Assembly (NCBI GenBank): GCA_028688325.1
Contig: JAQTYI010000003.1
Span: 32,116 to 96,115 of the forward strand
DNA: 64,000 nucleotides
Direction of reading: 5' to 3'
From: Candidatus Portnoybacteria bacterium
Lineage (GTDB): Bacteria > Patescibacteriota > Minisyncoccia > Portnoybacterales > GWB1-42-6
The position numbers and the translations under genes are program-made. The notes beneath the pieces are model-generated. The model was not told the DNA's origin and did not search any database. It saw only the letters and a list, made by a program, of their open reading frames with translations. How positions within the stretch are numbered: the stretch's first letter is position 1; each line of letters begins with the position of its first letter. Positions 19,184 to 29,418 of the stretch are shown piece after piece.

Positions 19184-19579
19184 TCAAAAATCCTCTATCT
19201 TTTTCCGAATATATTCGCCTTCACCAATCTGAAACTCTACATCTCCATTCCAATAGACCATCGCGCGGCGAAATTCACCGCCTTTAAAGATCGACTTCGG
19301 AGACTTCGGACTCCACTTAACATATAAATAGAGCCCCTCCCGTTCAGCTTGCCACCTCCCTACAGATACAGAACCCTCCGTTCCCGAAAAAACACTGGCA
19401 ACAAACTCCCGAAAACTATTTTCGATCGCTCTTAGTTTGGCGGGAGTTAATCCGCCGTTGCCGGCCATTACATAAGCGGCGACATAAGGGCCATTGGGCG
19501 GCGGAGCACTTTCTGCGGTCTCCGCAAACAACACACACAAAACTACCACAACCGCAAAAAATACCTGCGCTTTCTTCAT
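19184..19579 (-). CDS. Hypothetical secreted protein
   Basis: Signal peptide, strong AGGAGG RBS, own promoter and terminator. Confidence 0.7.
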   Translation of the reverse strand: MKKAQVFFAVVVVLCVLFAETAESAPPPNGPYVAAYVMAGNGGLTPAKLRAIENSFREFVASVFSGTEGSVSVGRWQAEREGLYLYVKWSPKSPKSIFKGGEFRRAMVYWNGDVEFQIGEGEYIRKKIEDF

Positions 19580-19772
19580 CTCTCTCCTCCTCTCCCCGAC
19601 ATCACCCTCGGCGGTGGGGTTATGTTTAATATTTTTTTGTTAAACAACTTACCTCAATCGGCAAAGATTTGAAGAGAGAATTAAAATGAATAATCATCCA
19701 ACCCTCCCTTCAAGTCCTTGCCGGCTTTTTACCCTATATAGGGGCAAAATACAGCTATATTCGTGATTTTAA

Positions 19773-19801
19773 AGTATACCATATAGCTATATGCTTGTCA
19801 A
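19773..19801 (-). promoter_or_regulatory. Sigma70 promoter with palindromic spacer
   Basis: TTGACA-17-TATACT with CATATAGCTATATG between the hexamers. Confidence 0.7.
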
Positions 19802-19985
19802 GGTTTGGCCCCTGGGGCGGGGAAGGCGCTTTGGAGGGGTATTTTTTTATGGTATGATTATATATAAATAAACAAGGCGATCCGAATCTACGAATCACAT
19901 CCTAATGTTCCGAATAAATTCATTCGGATGAGCGTTTTCGGATAATGTCCCGAGCGAAGCGAAGGGACTTTACGCTTTCGGATAC

Positions 19986-20882
19986 ATGAAAATCACCCAC
20001 AACCAGGTTTCTTGGCAACATATTGCCAAACCGAATTTCAGCGACCTGGAATTTTTAAAGAACGAATTCCGGGTTTCTTCGCCGGTTCTCAATGAATTGT
20101 TGGGCGACAACAAACGGCCGAAAATCGAAGAATACGACCAGTATCTTTTCATCGTTTTGCACTTTCCGGTCTTTAACGAAAGCACACGCCAGACAACGCC
20201 CACGGAGCTTGATTTCATCGTAACGAAAGATTCCGTCTTTACCGTGGCGCAAAATCCCAACCTCGCCCTGGAAAAACTATTCGCCGACGCCCAGAACGAT
20301 GCCGAGTCGCGTGAAGACAATTTCAAAAATTCCGGCTGGCTGTTGTTTTATCTTTTGGATGAAATGGTGGATTCCTGCCTGCCCATGCTGGATCATATCC
20401 ACGAAAAAATAGAAGAGATCGAGAAAGAAGTTTTTGAAGGCAAGGAGCGGGAAATGCTCAAAGAGGTGGCGATAGTGAAACGCGACATCATCGATTTTCG
20501 CCGCACAATAAAACCCCAGCGCTCCATCCTGGAAACCCTGGCCAAAAAATCTTCTCGGTTTTTCAAAAATGACCTGGATATCGTCTGCCAGGAGGTTATC
20601 GGCTCGGAAGTGCGCGTCTGGAACACGCTGGAAAACCATAAAGAAATGATAGAAGCCATTGAGCAGACCAACAGCAACCTGCTGTCTTACCAAATCAACC
20701 AGGTAATGCACACACTAACCTTCTTTTCCATCGTGCTTTTCTCGCTAACTTTCATCGCCGGATTTTTCAGTATGCGCGCCCTTGAAGGCGCCGGCGCTGT
20801 CGGCATCAAGGGAATTCTGGCCATAATGCTGGCCACGATATTGCTGATTGTGATTATATTCAAGAAAAAGAGATGGCTGTAA
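19986..20882 (+). CDS. corA: CorA family divalent cation transporter
   Basis: RPKIEEY..YLFIVLHFP, N.VM..LT, AGFFSM in place of GMN. Confidence 0.85.
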   Translation: MKITHNQVSWQHIAKPNFSDLEFLKNEFRVSSPVLNELLGDNKRPKIEEYDQYLFIVLHFPVFNESTRQTTPTELDFIVTKDSVFTVAQNPNLALEKLFADAQNDAESREDNFKNSGWLLFYLLDEMVDSCLPMLDHIHEKIEEIEKEVFEGKEREMLKEVAIVKRDIIDFRRTIKPQRSILETLAKKSSRFFKNDLDIVCQEVIGSEVRVWNTLENHKEMIEAIEQTNSNLLSYQINQVMHTLTFFSIVLFSLTFIAGFFSMRALEGAGAVGIKGILAIMLATILLIVIIFKKKRWL

Positions 20883-20885
20883 AAA

Positions 20886-20965
20886 GGACAAATGACAAAA
20901 TCCCAATGACCAAGCCCAAAATCACAAATAATCCCTTTTGACATTTGGATTTGGGATTTTTTTGA
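20886..20965. repeat. Inverted heptamer-period array
   Basis: aaatgacaaaatcccaatgaccaagcccaaaatc...tttgacatttggatttgggatttt. Confidence 0.75.
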
Positions 20966-21093
20966 CATCCGACATCCCAAATATTAAGCACCCCGCATTC
21001 CGGATGTCGGATGTCCCGATATTAATTTTAATATGGCGATGTCCGACAACCTAAAATTCAGAATTCTTTAATATTCGGGTTGTCGGACATCAA
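20962..21093. repeat. 132-bp double-hairpin repeat, copy 2
   Basis: Direct repeat of 18956-19087. Confidence 0.85.
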
Positions 21094-21118
21094 AACCCTT
21101 AAAAGATTTATTAAATAT

Positions 21119-22789
21119 GTGCCGATAAAACTATACAATACTCTAACCCGCCGCAAGGAAGTTTTCACCCCGCTCAAAAAGGGCCGGGTGAGTTTTTACG
21201 CCTGCGGGCCGACGGTATATGATTTCTCCCATATCGGCAATTTCCGGACATATCTGTTCGAGGATATTTTGCGGCGGGTTTTGGAATACAACGGATACAA
21301 AGTGAGGCATGTGATGAATTTCACGGATGTGGGACATTTGGTTTCGGATGCCGACGAAGGCCAAGACAAAATGGAAAAAGCAGACAAAAACGCCCTATTT
21401 TTAAAATGCTCAAACTGTAAAAAAGTATTCTTCAGCGGTATCATAGACGCCGGAAAAAACTCAATTCTGAAGAACAACCAGCATAAATGTCCACATTGTG
21501 GTTTTATAAATATTGCTAAAGATAATTCTGCCTATTTTAAATCGGGAGAAAAACCGACAGAAAAAAGCATTTGGCAGATAGCCGATTTCTATATTGCCGC
21601 CTTTAAGCGCGATGCCGCGCTGCTCAACATAGAAAAGCCGGCTGTCTACGCCCGCGCCACCGAGCACATCAAAGAACAAATAGCGCTAATCAAGATACTG
21701 GAGAAAAGGGGCTACACCTATTTAACCGATGACGGCGTATATTTTGACACCTCCAAGCTCCCGGACTACGGGGCATTGGCCAAGCTGGATATTGAAGGGC
21801 TCAAAGCCGGCGCAAGAATTGAGAGCGTGGCGGGTAAAAAAAATCCCACGGATTTTGCGCTCTGGAAGTTTACTCCGAGTGAAACCCGGAGGCAAATGGA
21901 ATGGAAATCTCCCTGGCAACCTCCCGGCAGTCGGGTTCACCCCGAGGATTTACCTCGAGGGGGTAAAGTCATGGGTTTCCCCGGCTGGCATCTTGAATGC
22001 TCGGCCATGTCGCAAAAATATTTGGGCGAGCAATTTGATATCCACGCAGGCGCCATAGACCTTATTCCGGTGCACCATACCAACGAAATAGCTCAGTCCG
22101 AGGCGGCCTACGGCCAAATCCCGGCTCGCTATTGGCTGCACGGCGAATTCGTTCTATTGGACAGCGCCAAGATGGCCAAGTCGCTGGGAAACTTCATCAC
22201 CATTTCCAAGATAGCCGAGAAATTCAATCCGCTATCGTTTCGATATTTGACGCTCACCGCGCACTACCGTTCGCAATTGAACCTGACCTGGGAATCACTG
22301 GAAGCCGCGCAAACCGCGTTAAATAATCTATATCAGCAAACGCGCGAGTTGAAGGAAAACGCCGATCCATTCTGGCCCCTGATTAAAATCGCCGGGGGGC
22401 TGGGACTGGCGGGCAGAAGAACTTCCGCCGAGCTGAAGACAGCCAACCAATACCGGGAGAAATTCCGCGAATTCATCAACGACGACCTGAACACGCCCGA
22501 AGCCCTGGCGCTTGTTTGGCAAATATTGGCTGACCGGATATTGCCGCCAGCGGCCAAAAAGGACTTGCTTTTGGAATTCGATAATCTTTTCGGGCTAAGC
22601 TTGGCAAAAATAAAACCGGCCAGAGTGCCGGAACAAGTAAAACGGCTGGTGGCGCAGCGGGAAGCCGCCCGCCAAGACAAGAATTGGGCCAAAGCCGATG
22701 AATTGCGCGGCCAGATAGCCAAACACGGCTGGCTGGTGGAAGACGCGCCGCAGGGGCCAAAGCTCATAGAAAAACATATCAAAATATAA
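21119..22789 (+). CDS. cysS: Cysteine--tRNA ligase with zinc-ribbon insertion
   Basis: CGPTVY, HIGN, DFALWK, PGWHLECS, HHTNE, KMAKS; GTG start assumed. Confidence 0.95.
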   Translation: MPIKLYNTLTRRKEVFTPLKKGRVSFYACGPTVYDFSHIGNFRTYLFEDILRRVLEYNGYKVRHVMNFTDVGHLVSDADEGQDKMEKADKNALFLKCSNCKKVFFSGIIDAGKNSILKNNQHKCPHCGFINIAKDNSAYFKSGEKPTEKSIWQIADFYIAAFKRDAALLNIEKPAVYARATEHIKEQIALIKILEKRGYTYLTDDGVYFDTSKLPDYGALAKLDIEGLKAGARIESVAGKKNPTDFALWKFTPSETRRQMEWKSPWQPPGSRVHPEDLPRGGKVMGFPGWHLECSAMSQKYLGEQFDIHAGAIDLIPVHHTNEIAQSEAAYGQIPARYWLHGEFVLLDSAKMAKSLGNFITISKIAEKFNPLSFRYLTLTAHYRSQLNLTWESLEAAQTALNNLYQQTRELKENADPFWPLIKIAGGLGLAGRRTSAELKTANQYREKFREFINDDLNTPEALALVWQILADRILPPAAKKDLLLEFDNLFGLSLAKIKPARVPEQVKRLVAQREAARQDKNWAKADELRGQIAKHGWLVEDAPQGPKLIEKHIKI

Positions 22790-22793
22790 AAAT

Positions 22794-22822
22794 AAAAAAG
22801 GATTCCATCGGAATCCTTTTTT
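22794..22822. terminator. Bidirectional terminator
   Basis: aaaaaaggattcc-atc-ggaatcctttttt. Confidence 0.75.
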
Positions 22823-22846
22823 CGTTTTCGCGCTTAGGCGCGTTTT

Positions 22847-23242
22847 TTATTGTAAAACCGTTGCCAGTAATCCGCAAATCTCTTCGGGCATTATCGGCTT
22901 GCCCAAACAAGGACAGCCGAGTCCTTCAAATTTTCCCCTTAAAAGAGCCGAATGTTTTATAAAACCGGAGACCATAATAATGGAAATATTCTCGGTTTCT
23001 TTCCGGCTGCGAATAAAGGCCGCCAACTCCAAGCCATTCAAGCCGGGCATAACATAATCCAGCACCGCAGCGACGAGAATGCTTTCACCTTCATTTGAGC
23101 ATTCCATGAGCTTATCCCTGGCTTCATTGCCGTTTACCGCCCGCAAAACCTCTGTTTCGGGAAAGTTGTCATTGATAAGTTCCTCTATCATTCTTAAGCA
23201 CTCCAGATCGTCATCAGCCACCAAAATTTTTTTCGTTTTCAT
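22847..23242 (-). CDS. Single-domain response regulator (CheY-like)
   Basis: ILVADDD, LDYVMPGLNG, SG, KP; GGAGGAG RBS. Confidence 0.9.
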   Translation of the reverse strand: MKTKKILVADDDLECLRMIEELINDNFPETEVLRAVNGNEARDKLMECSNEGESILVAAVLDYVMPGLNGLELAAFIRSRKETENISIIMVSGFIKHSALLRGKFEGLGCPCLGKPIMPEEICGLLATVLQ

Positions 23243-23451
23243 TTCTCCTCCTGGCAATGTTAGTTGGCCTCAAAAGAACTTGATAAATTCCGCCCCTTTC
23301 TGCGATAAGAAGATTCTATTCCGAAAAACAAATAAATGCAAGGCCTCTTTTTCAACTTTTACTCCCCACGAAATCCACTTTTTGCCGCAAAACGGCGTAT
23401 TGCCAAGTATCAATGCGATGATATACTGTAATAACGCCAGACCGCTGCGCT

Positions 23452-23598
23452 AAATGTCTAAATCCTAATGCCTAATGACAAATGAAAAGCTTAATGCCCA
23501 ATTTCCAATCATTGAGGAATTGGTCATTTCATTAGACATTAGTCATTAGAGATTGGTCATTAAGTACAAATTCTTCGGCCTGCGGGGTCAGAATGACA
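23452..23598. repeat. Inverted heptamer array followed by GTCAT half repeat
   Basis: aaatgtctaaatcctaatgcctaatgac...ttagacattagtcattag; ttcttcggcctgcggggtcagaatgaca. Confidence 0.7.
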
Positions 23599-23611
23599 AA
23601 TAAACTATAAT

Positions 23612-24973
23612 ATGGCTAAACAGAGTAATCAGTCCGATCGCCTTCCCCCGCAAAATATCGAAGCCGAGCAGAGCGTGCTTGGCTCCCTGATGCTGGGCAA
23701 AGATACCATCATCCGCGTAGCGGATATTTTGCGTCCGGGGCATTTTTACCGCCAGATCCACAATATCATCTTTGAGGTGATGTTGGAATTATATGAAAAA
23801 AGCGAGCCGATAGATGTTCTGAGCTTAACCAGCCGGCTGGAAGATATCGGCAAAATAGAAGAAATCGGCGGACCGGCATATTTGGCCGAGCTCGTTAACC
23901 GTGTGCCCACCGCCGCCCATGTTCTGCATTACGCCAAAATAGTGCACCATAAAAAGGTCTTGCGCGATCTCATCGACGCGGCCGACCACATCACGCGCCT
24001 GGGCTTCAATGAGGAAGAAAATTTGGAAAATATCTTGGACGAGGCCGAACAGAGCATTTTTCGCATTTCGCAAAAAAATCTTTCCCAAGAATTCATGCCG
24101 GTCAAGAACGCCCTGGAAGAAGCGTTTGAAAGAATTGATAAATTGCACAAAGGCGACGGTGCCATGCGCGGCGTGCCGACCGGTTTTTACGACCTGGACA
24201 ACTATCTTTCCGGCCTGCAAAAATCCGATTTGGTGATTCTGGCGGCCAGGCCATCTCTTGGTAAAACATCTCTGGCCATGGATGTTGTGCGCCATGTGGC
24301 CGTCAAGCAAAAAATCCCCGTGGGAATATTCTCGCTGGAAATGTCAAAACATGATGTGGTTGACCGCTTGCTGGCCGCGCAAGCCGGCGTCGATCTGTGG
24401 AAGTTGCGCACGGGGCGCCTGTCCATGGAAGGGCTGGACAACGACCTTCTCCGCATACAGGAAGCCATGGCCGTGCTGTCGGAAGCCCCCATTTTCATTG
24501 ATGATGCCCCCTCCCCCTCTGTGCTGCAAATGCGCACCATGGGCAGGCGGCTGCAAACCGAACAAGGGGGTTTAGGGCTTATCGTGGTTGACTACTTGCA
24601 GCTTATCCAGCCCCGCACCAATAACGACAATATGGTGCAGCAAGTCACGGAGATTTCCCGTTCTTTGAAAGGCCTGGCCCGCGAATTGGAGTGCCCCGTA
24701 TTGGCCCTGTCGCAGCTTTCCCGTGCGGTTGAGGGACGCCCCGATCAAATGCCGCGCCTGGCTGATTTGCGCGAATCCGGCTCCATTGAGCAAGACGCGG
24801 ATGTGGTCTTGTTTATTTATCGCGAGGATAAGACCAAAAAGGATTCTGCGCGGCCCAATATCGCCGATATTATTATCGCCAAACACCGCAACGGCCCTAT
24901 CGGCCGGGCAGAACTTTATTTCAACGACGCGCAGGCGAGCTTTAAAAATTTGGAAAAACACTTTAATGAATAA
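23612..24973 (+). CDS. dnaB: Replicative DNA helicase
   Basis: PPQNIEAEQSVLG, AARPSLGKT, VDYLQL, SQLSR, LRESGSIEQDAD, KHRNGP. Confidence 0.97.
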   Translation: MAKQSNQSDRLPPQNIEAEQSVLGSLMLGKDTIIRVADILRPGHFYRQIHNIIFEVMLELYEKSEPIDVLSLTSRLEDIGKIEEIGGPAYLAELVNRVPTAAHVLHYAKIVHHKKVLRDLIDAADHITRLGFNEEENLENILDEAEQSIFRISQKNLSQEFMPVKNALEEAFERIDKLHKGDGAMRGVPTGFYDLDNYLSGLQKSDLVILAARPSLGKTSLAMDVVRHVAVKQKIPVGIFSLEMSKHDVVDRLLAAQAGVDLWKLRTGRLSMEGLDNDLLRIQEAMAVLSEAPIFIDDAPSPSVLQMRTMGRRLQTEQGGLGLIVVDYLQLIQPRTNNDNMVQQVTEISRSLKGLARELECPVLALSQLSRAVEGRPDQMPRLADLRESGSIEQDADVVLFIYREDKTKKDSARPNIADIIIAKHRNGPIGRAELYFNDAQASFKNLEKHFNE

Positions 24974-25033
24974 CAATTTTGACCAGCTGATAATTATGTT
25001 GCTATTTTGAATGAGGTTAAGAATCTATTTATT

Positions 25034-25152
25034 TAATGACAAATGACAAAATCCCAATGACCAATAAATGTCCAAGCCCAAAATCCTAAAAGATTTTTTG
25101 ACATTAGGATTTGGGATTTTATTTGACATTGGAAATTAGAAATTTGTCATTT
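25034..25152. repeat. Inverted heptamer-period array
   Basis: Collinear with 17108-17228. Confidence 0.8.
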
Positions 25153-25163
25153 AAATAACCTTA

Positions 25164-25766
25164 ATGCTTCCTCCTTCCCTCAAAACCCTCATCGACCATC
25201 TTTCAAGATTGCCGGGGTTAGGCCAGCGCTCCGCCACCCGTTTGGCTTTTTATCTTATCGGCCAGCCGCCGGCCGACTTGCACGGCTTAGCGCAAGCCAT
25301 AAAGGACTTGCCGGCCAAGATTAAGCATTGCCCGCGCTGTTTCAATTTAACGAGCAACAGCGAACTTTGCGCCATTTGCACGGACAAAAAACGCCAGCAA
25401 AACATCATCTGCGTGGTGGAAGATATTCTGGATATCATCCCCATTGAGCGCACGCGCCAGTTTAACGGCGTTTATCATGTGCTCGGCGGACTTATCTCGC
25501 CCATTGACGGACTCACGCCGGATAAGCTCCGCATCAAAGAATTGATTGTTCGCATCAAGCAATTTCTGGCCCAAAAAGTTCAGCCCGAAATAATCCTGGC
25601 ATTGAACCCCACCACCGAAGGCGACACCACGGCATTATATCTGGAAAAACTCCTGAAGCCGTCCAACGCTAAAATTACCAAATTAAATCGCGGACTCTCC
25701 ACGGGTAGCGACCTTGAATACGCGGATGAAACCACGCTCATCAACGCGTTGAAATATAGGCATTAG
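25164..25766 (+). CDS. recR: Recombination mediator RecR
   Basis: LPGLG.RSA.R, C4 zinc finger, YHVLGG.ISP, EGDTTA, LEYAD. Confidence 0.95.
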   Translation: MLPPSLKTLIDHLSRLPGLGQRSATRLAFYLIGQPPADLHGLAQAIKDLPAKIKHCPRCFNLTSNSELCAICTDKKRQQNIICVVEDILDIIPIERTRQFNGVYHVLGGLISPIDGLTPDKLRIKELIVRIKQFLAQKVQPEIILALNPTTEGDTTALYLEKLLKPSNAKITKLNRGLSTGSDLEYADETTLINALKYRH

Positions 25767-25769
25767 ATT

Positions 25770-25852
25770 AAATCCTCCCCAGCCCTCCCTTACAAAAGGA
25801 GGGGGACGAATTTGATTCCTCCCTTTCGTAAAGGGAGGTTAGGAGGGATTTA
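25770..25852. repeat. CCCTCCC..AAAGGGAGG palindromic repeat pair
   Basis: aaatcctccccagccctcccttacaaaaggagg...cctccctttcgtaaagggaggttaggagggattt. Confidence 0.75.
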
Positions 25853-25931
25853 GTTTCATTTTTGTTCCCAAAATAAAAACCCGCGAAGCTGCATCGCAGC
25901 CCGCGGGTCTTTTATTATAACTGACGCATTT

Positions 25932-28307
25932 TTATTGTATCGGCACCTGGCTGGGCTGGGTCGGGACTTGAGTTATCGCTGGTTTGCCCGCCTGGAGATT
26001 CGCCAAAATATTCTTGATATCCTGGTTGTCGGGATTGAGCGCCAGCACTTTGTTGAATTGTTCTGTCGCCGCTGGCTTATTGCCAAGCTGGTCGTAGACC
26101 AATCCCAGGAAATATCTGGCGTTGGAATAATTTTGGTCTATCAGGACAGCGCGCTCAAGTTCGGCTTTGGCCGAATTCCAATCGGACTTTTTATAATATA
26201 AAAGTCCCAGCTGGAAAGCCACGCCGATATCCTGCGGATATAGGTTTCTTGTCTTAATCATGCTGGCGATAGCTTCGTTGGTCTGGCCGGTTCGGCTATA
26301 AACCATGGCCAGCTCAAACAACGCCTGCGCGTAATCGGGCTTGGCATCTATGGATTTTTTCAGCGCTTCTTCGGCTTTAGCCAGATAATCTTTTTGTCTG
26401 GCGGCCGCCTCCTTATCTTTCTGGGCCGCCTGCGTCAAAATATCAGAACCCAAAACATAAGTGCTGCCCAGCTCGTAATAATACGAAGGATTTTGCGGTT
26501 CAAGTTTTGAGGCCTCACTATAAGCATCAAAGGCCCATTGCTCTGCCCCATTGATATAACCAATAACTGCCCGATAAATCGCCGCCCGCTGGACCCAATT
26601 GTCAACATTCAACGGCGCCAGGTCCGTTGATCGCTTGCCGATGTTTATGGCTGTGGCGATCAGATTCTGAATGTTGGCATCTCGTTCCGCACTCTGCGGC
26701 TTGGCTATTTCCTGGGTAACCTTCTGCAAGGCGGCCCGTGAAAGCGTGCGCAAATAAAGATCGTTATAAGGATTAAGCATCACCGCGTCCTTGATCTTTA
26801 CCGTGCCGCCGTCTATATCGTTTTTTGCGTTCACCGCGGTTATGCCTTTCTGATAAAGAATATCGGCATAATAATAACTGCCTCCAAGATACAGGGCGCT
26901 GATGGTTAAGACCAAAACGACCACGAAAGAGAAAGACAGAAGCGAAGCGAAGGGCGAAGTCCGGTCGAAGGACACCGACATTGCCGGAATTTTTTCAATT
27001 TCTATTTCGGCCTCTTCGCCTTTGGTCGCTAAGGTCTTCAAACACAAAAATGACAAGCCCAGCATGAACCAAAAAGCGAATTCCAAAGTCAGGTTAGTGC
27101 CATAAAAAAACTGCGAAAGAGCCAATACCAGCCAAGACGAAAATATCGCCAGGGTCAAAGGCCAGTTCCTCCCCCGCCGCTTGATAAGCACAAAAAGTCC
27201 ATAAGCCGCGAAACCTATCAATATGACGGCCCAAGTAAGCGAACCCGCTATACCCAGGGTGACCGGCTGGCTGGCAATTTTGGATACCCCTTGATTGAAG
27301 CGGACGCTCCAAAAATCCGTCTGATTCAAAACCTTATCGCGATACAGACCATACGCGTAAGAATATTCCCCCGGCCCCACTCCGAAAATCGGCTTTTTTT
27401 TCAAAACTTGCCTATCGATATCCATTGAAGCGCTCCAGGAGGGCGCGACTTCCGACGGCACGGATAACCATGTGAAAAGATTCAAGCGGATCGGCAAAAG
27501 CATCAAAACCGCAAAAGCCAGAACAAGCATCGGCAGGGCCAAACGAAACTGACTCATTTGCCCTCGATTAATGATGCCGAGAGAAATGATTATTATCGCT
27601 ACAACCAATAAGGCCCACCAAACATTAGCGAAGTTGATGGATAATATCATTATCAAAAACAAGAAAGCGGCTATGCCGTAGAAAATCCGGCGCCAAACCG
27701 GGGTCTCGTTCTCCGTAAAAAGCACCGCGGCCAAAACCATCAGAGAAGCCAGGAGGAATTCCAAAGAGTTGACCGAACCGACGCTGTTAAAATTGGCTAT
27801 TTTGGCAAAGTCCAATGGCAGCAGGAATTTTCCGGCCAGCTGGAAAGCGCCGAAAAGCCCGGCGATAAGCCCCGAAAAGATAAGAATGGAAACAGAATTG
27901 ATCATCTCCTCGCGGCTCTTGATGTTGTTGACCAGGACGAAAAAAATAATGAGCAGAGCGACAAGCGAGAAGAATGCTTCATTGATGACGCTACCCGAGC
28001 CAACCAGGCCCAAATAAAGATTTTTCGACACTACAGCGCTTATCAAGGAAAAAATAGCGAATAGCGCCAAACCGATATTCAGCCAACTTTTTTTCAACTC
28101 CATCCGCCCTTCGGCCATCATTTTGCCAAGCCACGCTATGAGCAGCACCAGGCAGAAAACAACCAGCAGAAGCTGTTTATTCAGCTCTAAAACATTGAGG
28201 TTGAACGGTAGAAAAAACACCGGCGTTAAAAAAGCAAGCAGATAAAGCCCGCCTTTTATCACCCAGTCGCAAAACCAAATCGCCCTCAGGTCGTTCTCTT
28301 TGCTCAT
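25932..28307 (-). CDS. Polytopic membrane protein (O-antigen-ligase-like) with C-terminal TPRs
   Basis: About 12 TM segments, PIFGVGP motif, TPR consensus (YSNARYFLGLVY, LNPDN). Confidence 0.8.
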   Translation of the reverse strand: MSKENDLRAIWFCDWVIKGGLYLLAFLTPVFFLPFNLNVLELNKQLLLVVFCLVLLIAWLGKMMAEGRMELKKSWLNIGLALFAIFSLISAVVSKNLYLGLVGSGSVINEAFFSLVALLIIFFVLVNNIKSREEMINSVSILIFSGLIAGLFGAFQLAGKFLLPLDFAKIANFNSVGSVNSLEFLLASLMVLAAVLFTENETPVWRRIFYGIAAFLFLIMILSINFANVWWALLVVAIIIISLGIINRGQMSQFRLALPMLVLAFAVLMLLPIRLNLFTWLSVPSEVAPSWSASMDIDRQVLKKKPIFGVGPGEYSYAYGLYRDKVLNQTDFWSVRFNQGVSKIASQPVTLGIAGSLTWAVILIGFAAYGLFVLIKRRGRNWPLTLAIFSSWLVLALSQFFYGTNLTLEFAFWFMLGLSFLCLKTLATKGEEAEIEIEKIPAMSVSFDRTSPFASLLSFSFVVVLVLTISALYLGGSYYYADILYQKGITAVNAKNDIDGGTVKIKDAVMLNPYNDLYLRTLSRAALQKVTQEIAKPQSAERDANIQNLIATAINIGKRSTDLAPLNVDNWVQRAAIYRAVIGYINGAEQWAFDAYSEASKLEPQNPSYYYELGSTYVLGSDILTQAAQKDKEAAARQKDYLAKAEEALKKSIDAKPDYAQALFELAMVYSRTGQTNEAIASMIKTRNLYPQDIGVAFQLGLLYYKKSDWNSAKAELERAVLIDQNYSNARYFLGLVYDQLGNKPAATEQFNKVLALNPDNQDIKNILANLQAGKPAITQVPTQPSQVPIQ

Positions 28308-28519
28308 ACGATTCTTTTATCGATAACCGGCTCCGCGTTTTAAATTTTAAGCGCGGGGACGAAAATCAATATAAATTAAAATTACCTGCTATTTTTATAG
28401 AGGCCCGGATTTCTACGCTTATTATAGCAAAATTAACCCTGGCTACCAAGTATTTTTTGTCCACAGCCGAAAACTAAGGAACAAAAAATCCCCGCTCGGC
28501 GCAAGGGATTTTGAATGGG

Positions 28520-28831
28520 TTATTTTTCCGCCTCTATTTCAACGAGGGTATAGGGCTGGCGATGGCCTCTTTTCACCTTCTCGCGCTTCTTGGATTTATA
28601 CTTGAAAATGATAACTTTATCGGCTTTGTCCTGCTTCAGAATTTTAGCGTTGACTTTCGCACCCTTAATGAAGGGTTGGCCGACTTGCACTTTATCACCC
28701 GCCAACACCAATAAAACCTCGTCAAAAACGATCTTGCCGCCCTCTTCGCCTTTCAGTTTTTCAACTCTTAATTTTTGGCCGGGAGAAACAATATATTGCT
28801 TGCCGCCGGTTTTTATGACAGCTAATTCCAT
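28520..28831 (-). CDS. rplU: 50S ribosomal protein L21
   Basis: AVIKTGGKQY, GHRQPYT. Confidence 0.97.
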   Translation of the reverse strand: MELAVIKTGGKQYIVSPGQKLRVEKLKGEEGGKIVFDEVLLVLAGDKVQVGQPFIKGAKVNAKILKQDKADKVIIFKYKSKKREKVKRGHRQPYTLVEIEAEK

Positions 28832-28852
28832 ATTTTTATATAATCAATTTCT

Positions 28853-28881
28853 TGTCATCCCGAACTTGTTTCGGGATGACA
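28853..28881. repeat. Minimal TGTCAT...ATGACA palindrome
   Basis: tgtcatcccgaacttgtttcgggatgaca. Confidence 0.8.
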
Positions 28882-29083
28882 ATTAAAGATAATTTAAGGG
28901 CCCTTCTCAGGGCCGATTTGACTGTTTGTATATTAACAAAAGGCAGCAAAAGGGTCAAGGCCCATTCCAATTTTGACATCTCCCCGGGGCATCCCCTTTG
29001 CATTTTAAGGGCATTGTGCTATAATGCCCTTAAAGGTTTCCATAATAATTAATACATCCGCCAAAAAGCGGACAACAAAAAAC

Positions 29084-29341
29084 ATGGCACAGAAAACCAA
29101 TTCTGCGTTTATGAAGCCCCTCAAGGTCAGCGCTGAGCTGGCTGCGGTGGTCGGCAACGGCCCGATGGCCAGGTCAGAGGTTGTGAAAAAACTCTGGGCC
29201 TATATTAAAAAAAATTCGCTGCAAGACGCGAACAACAAGCGCAATATCAATGCCGATGCGAACCTGAAAAAGGTTTTTGGAGGCAAAGCGGTCGTCAATA
29301 TGTTCGAAATGACCAAGCTTGTTTCCAAGCATCTCTCGTAA
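29084..29341 (+). CDS. SWIB/MDM2 domain protein
   Basis: S.ELAAVVG..P..RSEVVKKLWAYIK...LQD..NKRNI..D..L. Confidence 0.9.
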   Translation: MAQKTNSAFMKPLKVSAELAAVVGNGPMARSEVVKKLWAYIKKNSLQDANNKRNINADANLKKVFGGKAVVNMFEMTKLVSKHLS

Positions 29342-29418
29342 GAGAATTCCAAATAAAAAATCCCTTGCCAATCGGCGGGGATTTTTTATTTAAATAGGAT
29401 AGCTTAATCACTTTTCCC

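Noticed and set aside
21375-21569. Intein or intron in cysS
   Set aside because: No intein terminal motif (C/S...HN-C/S/T), too short, and the ORF is uninterrupted
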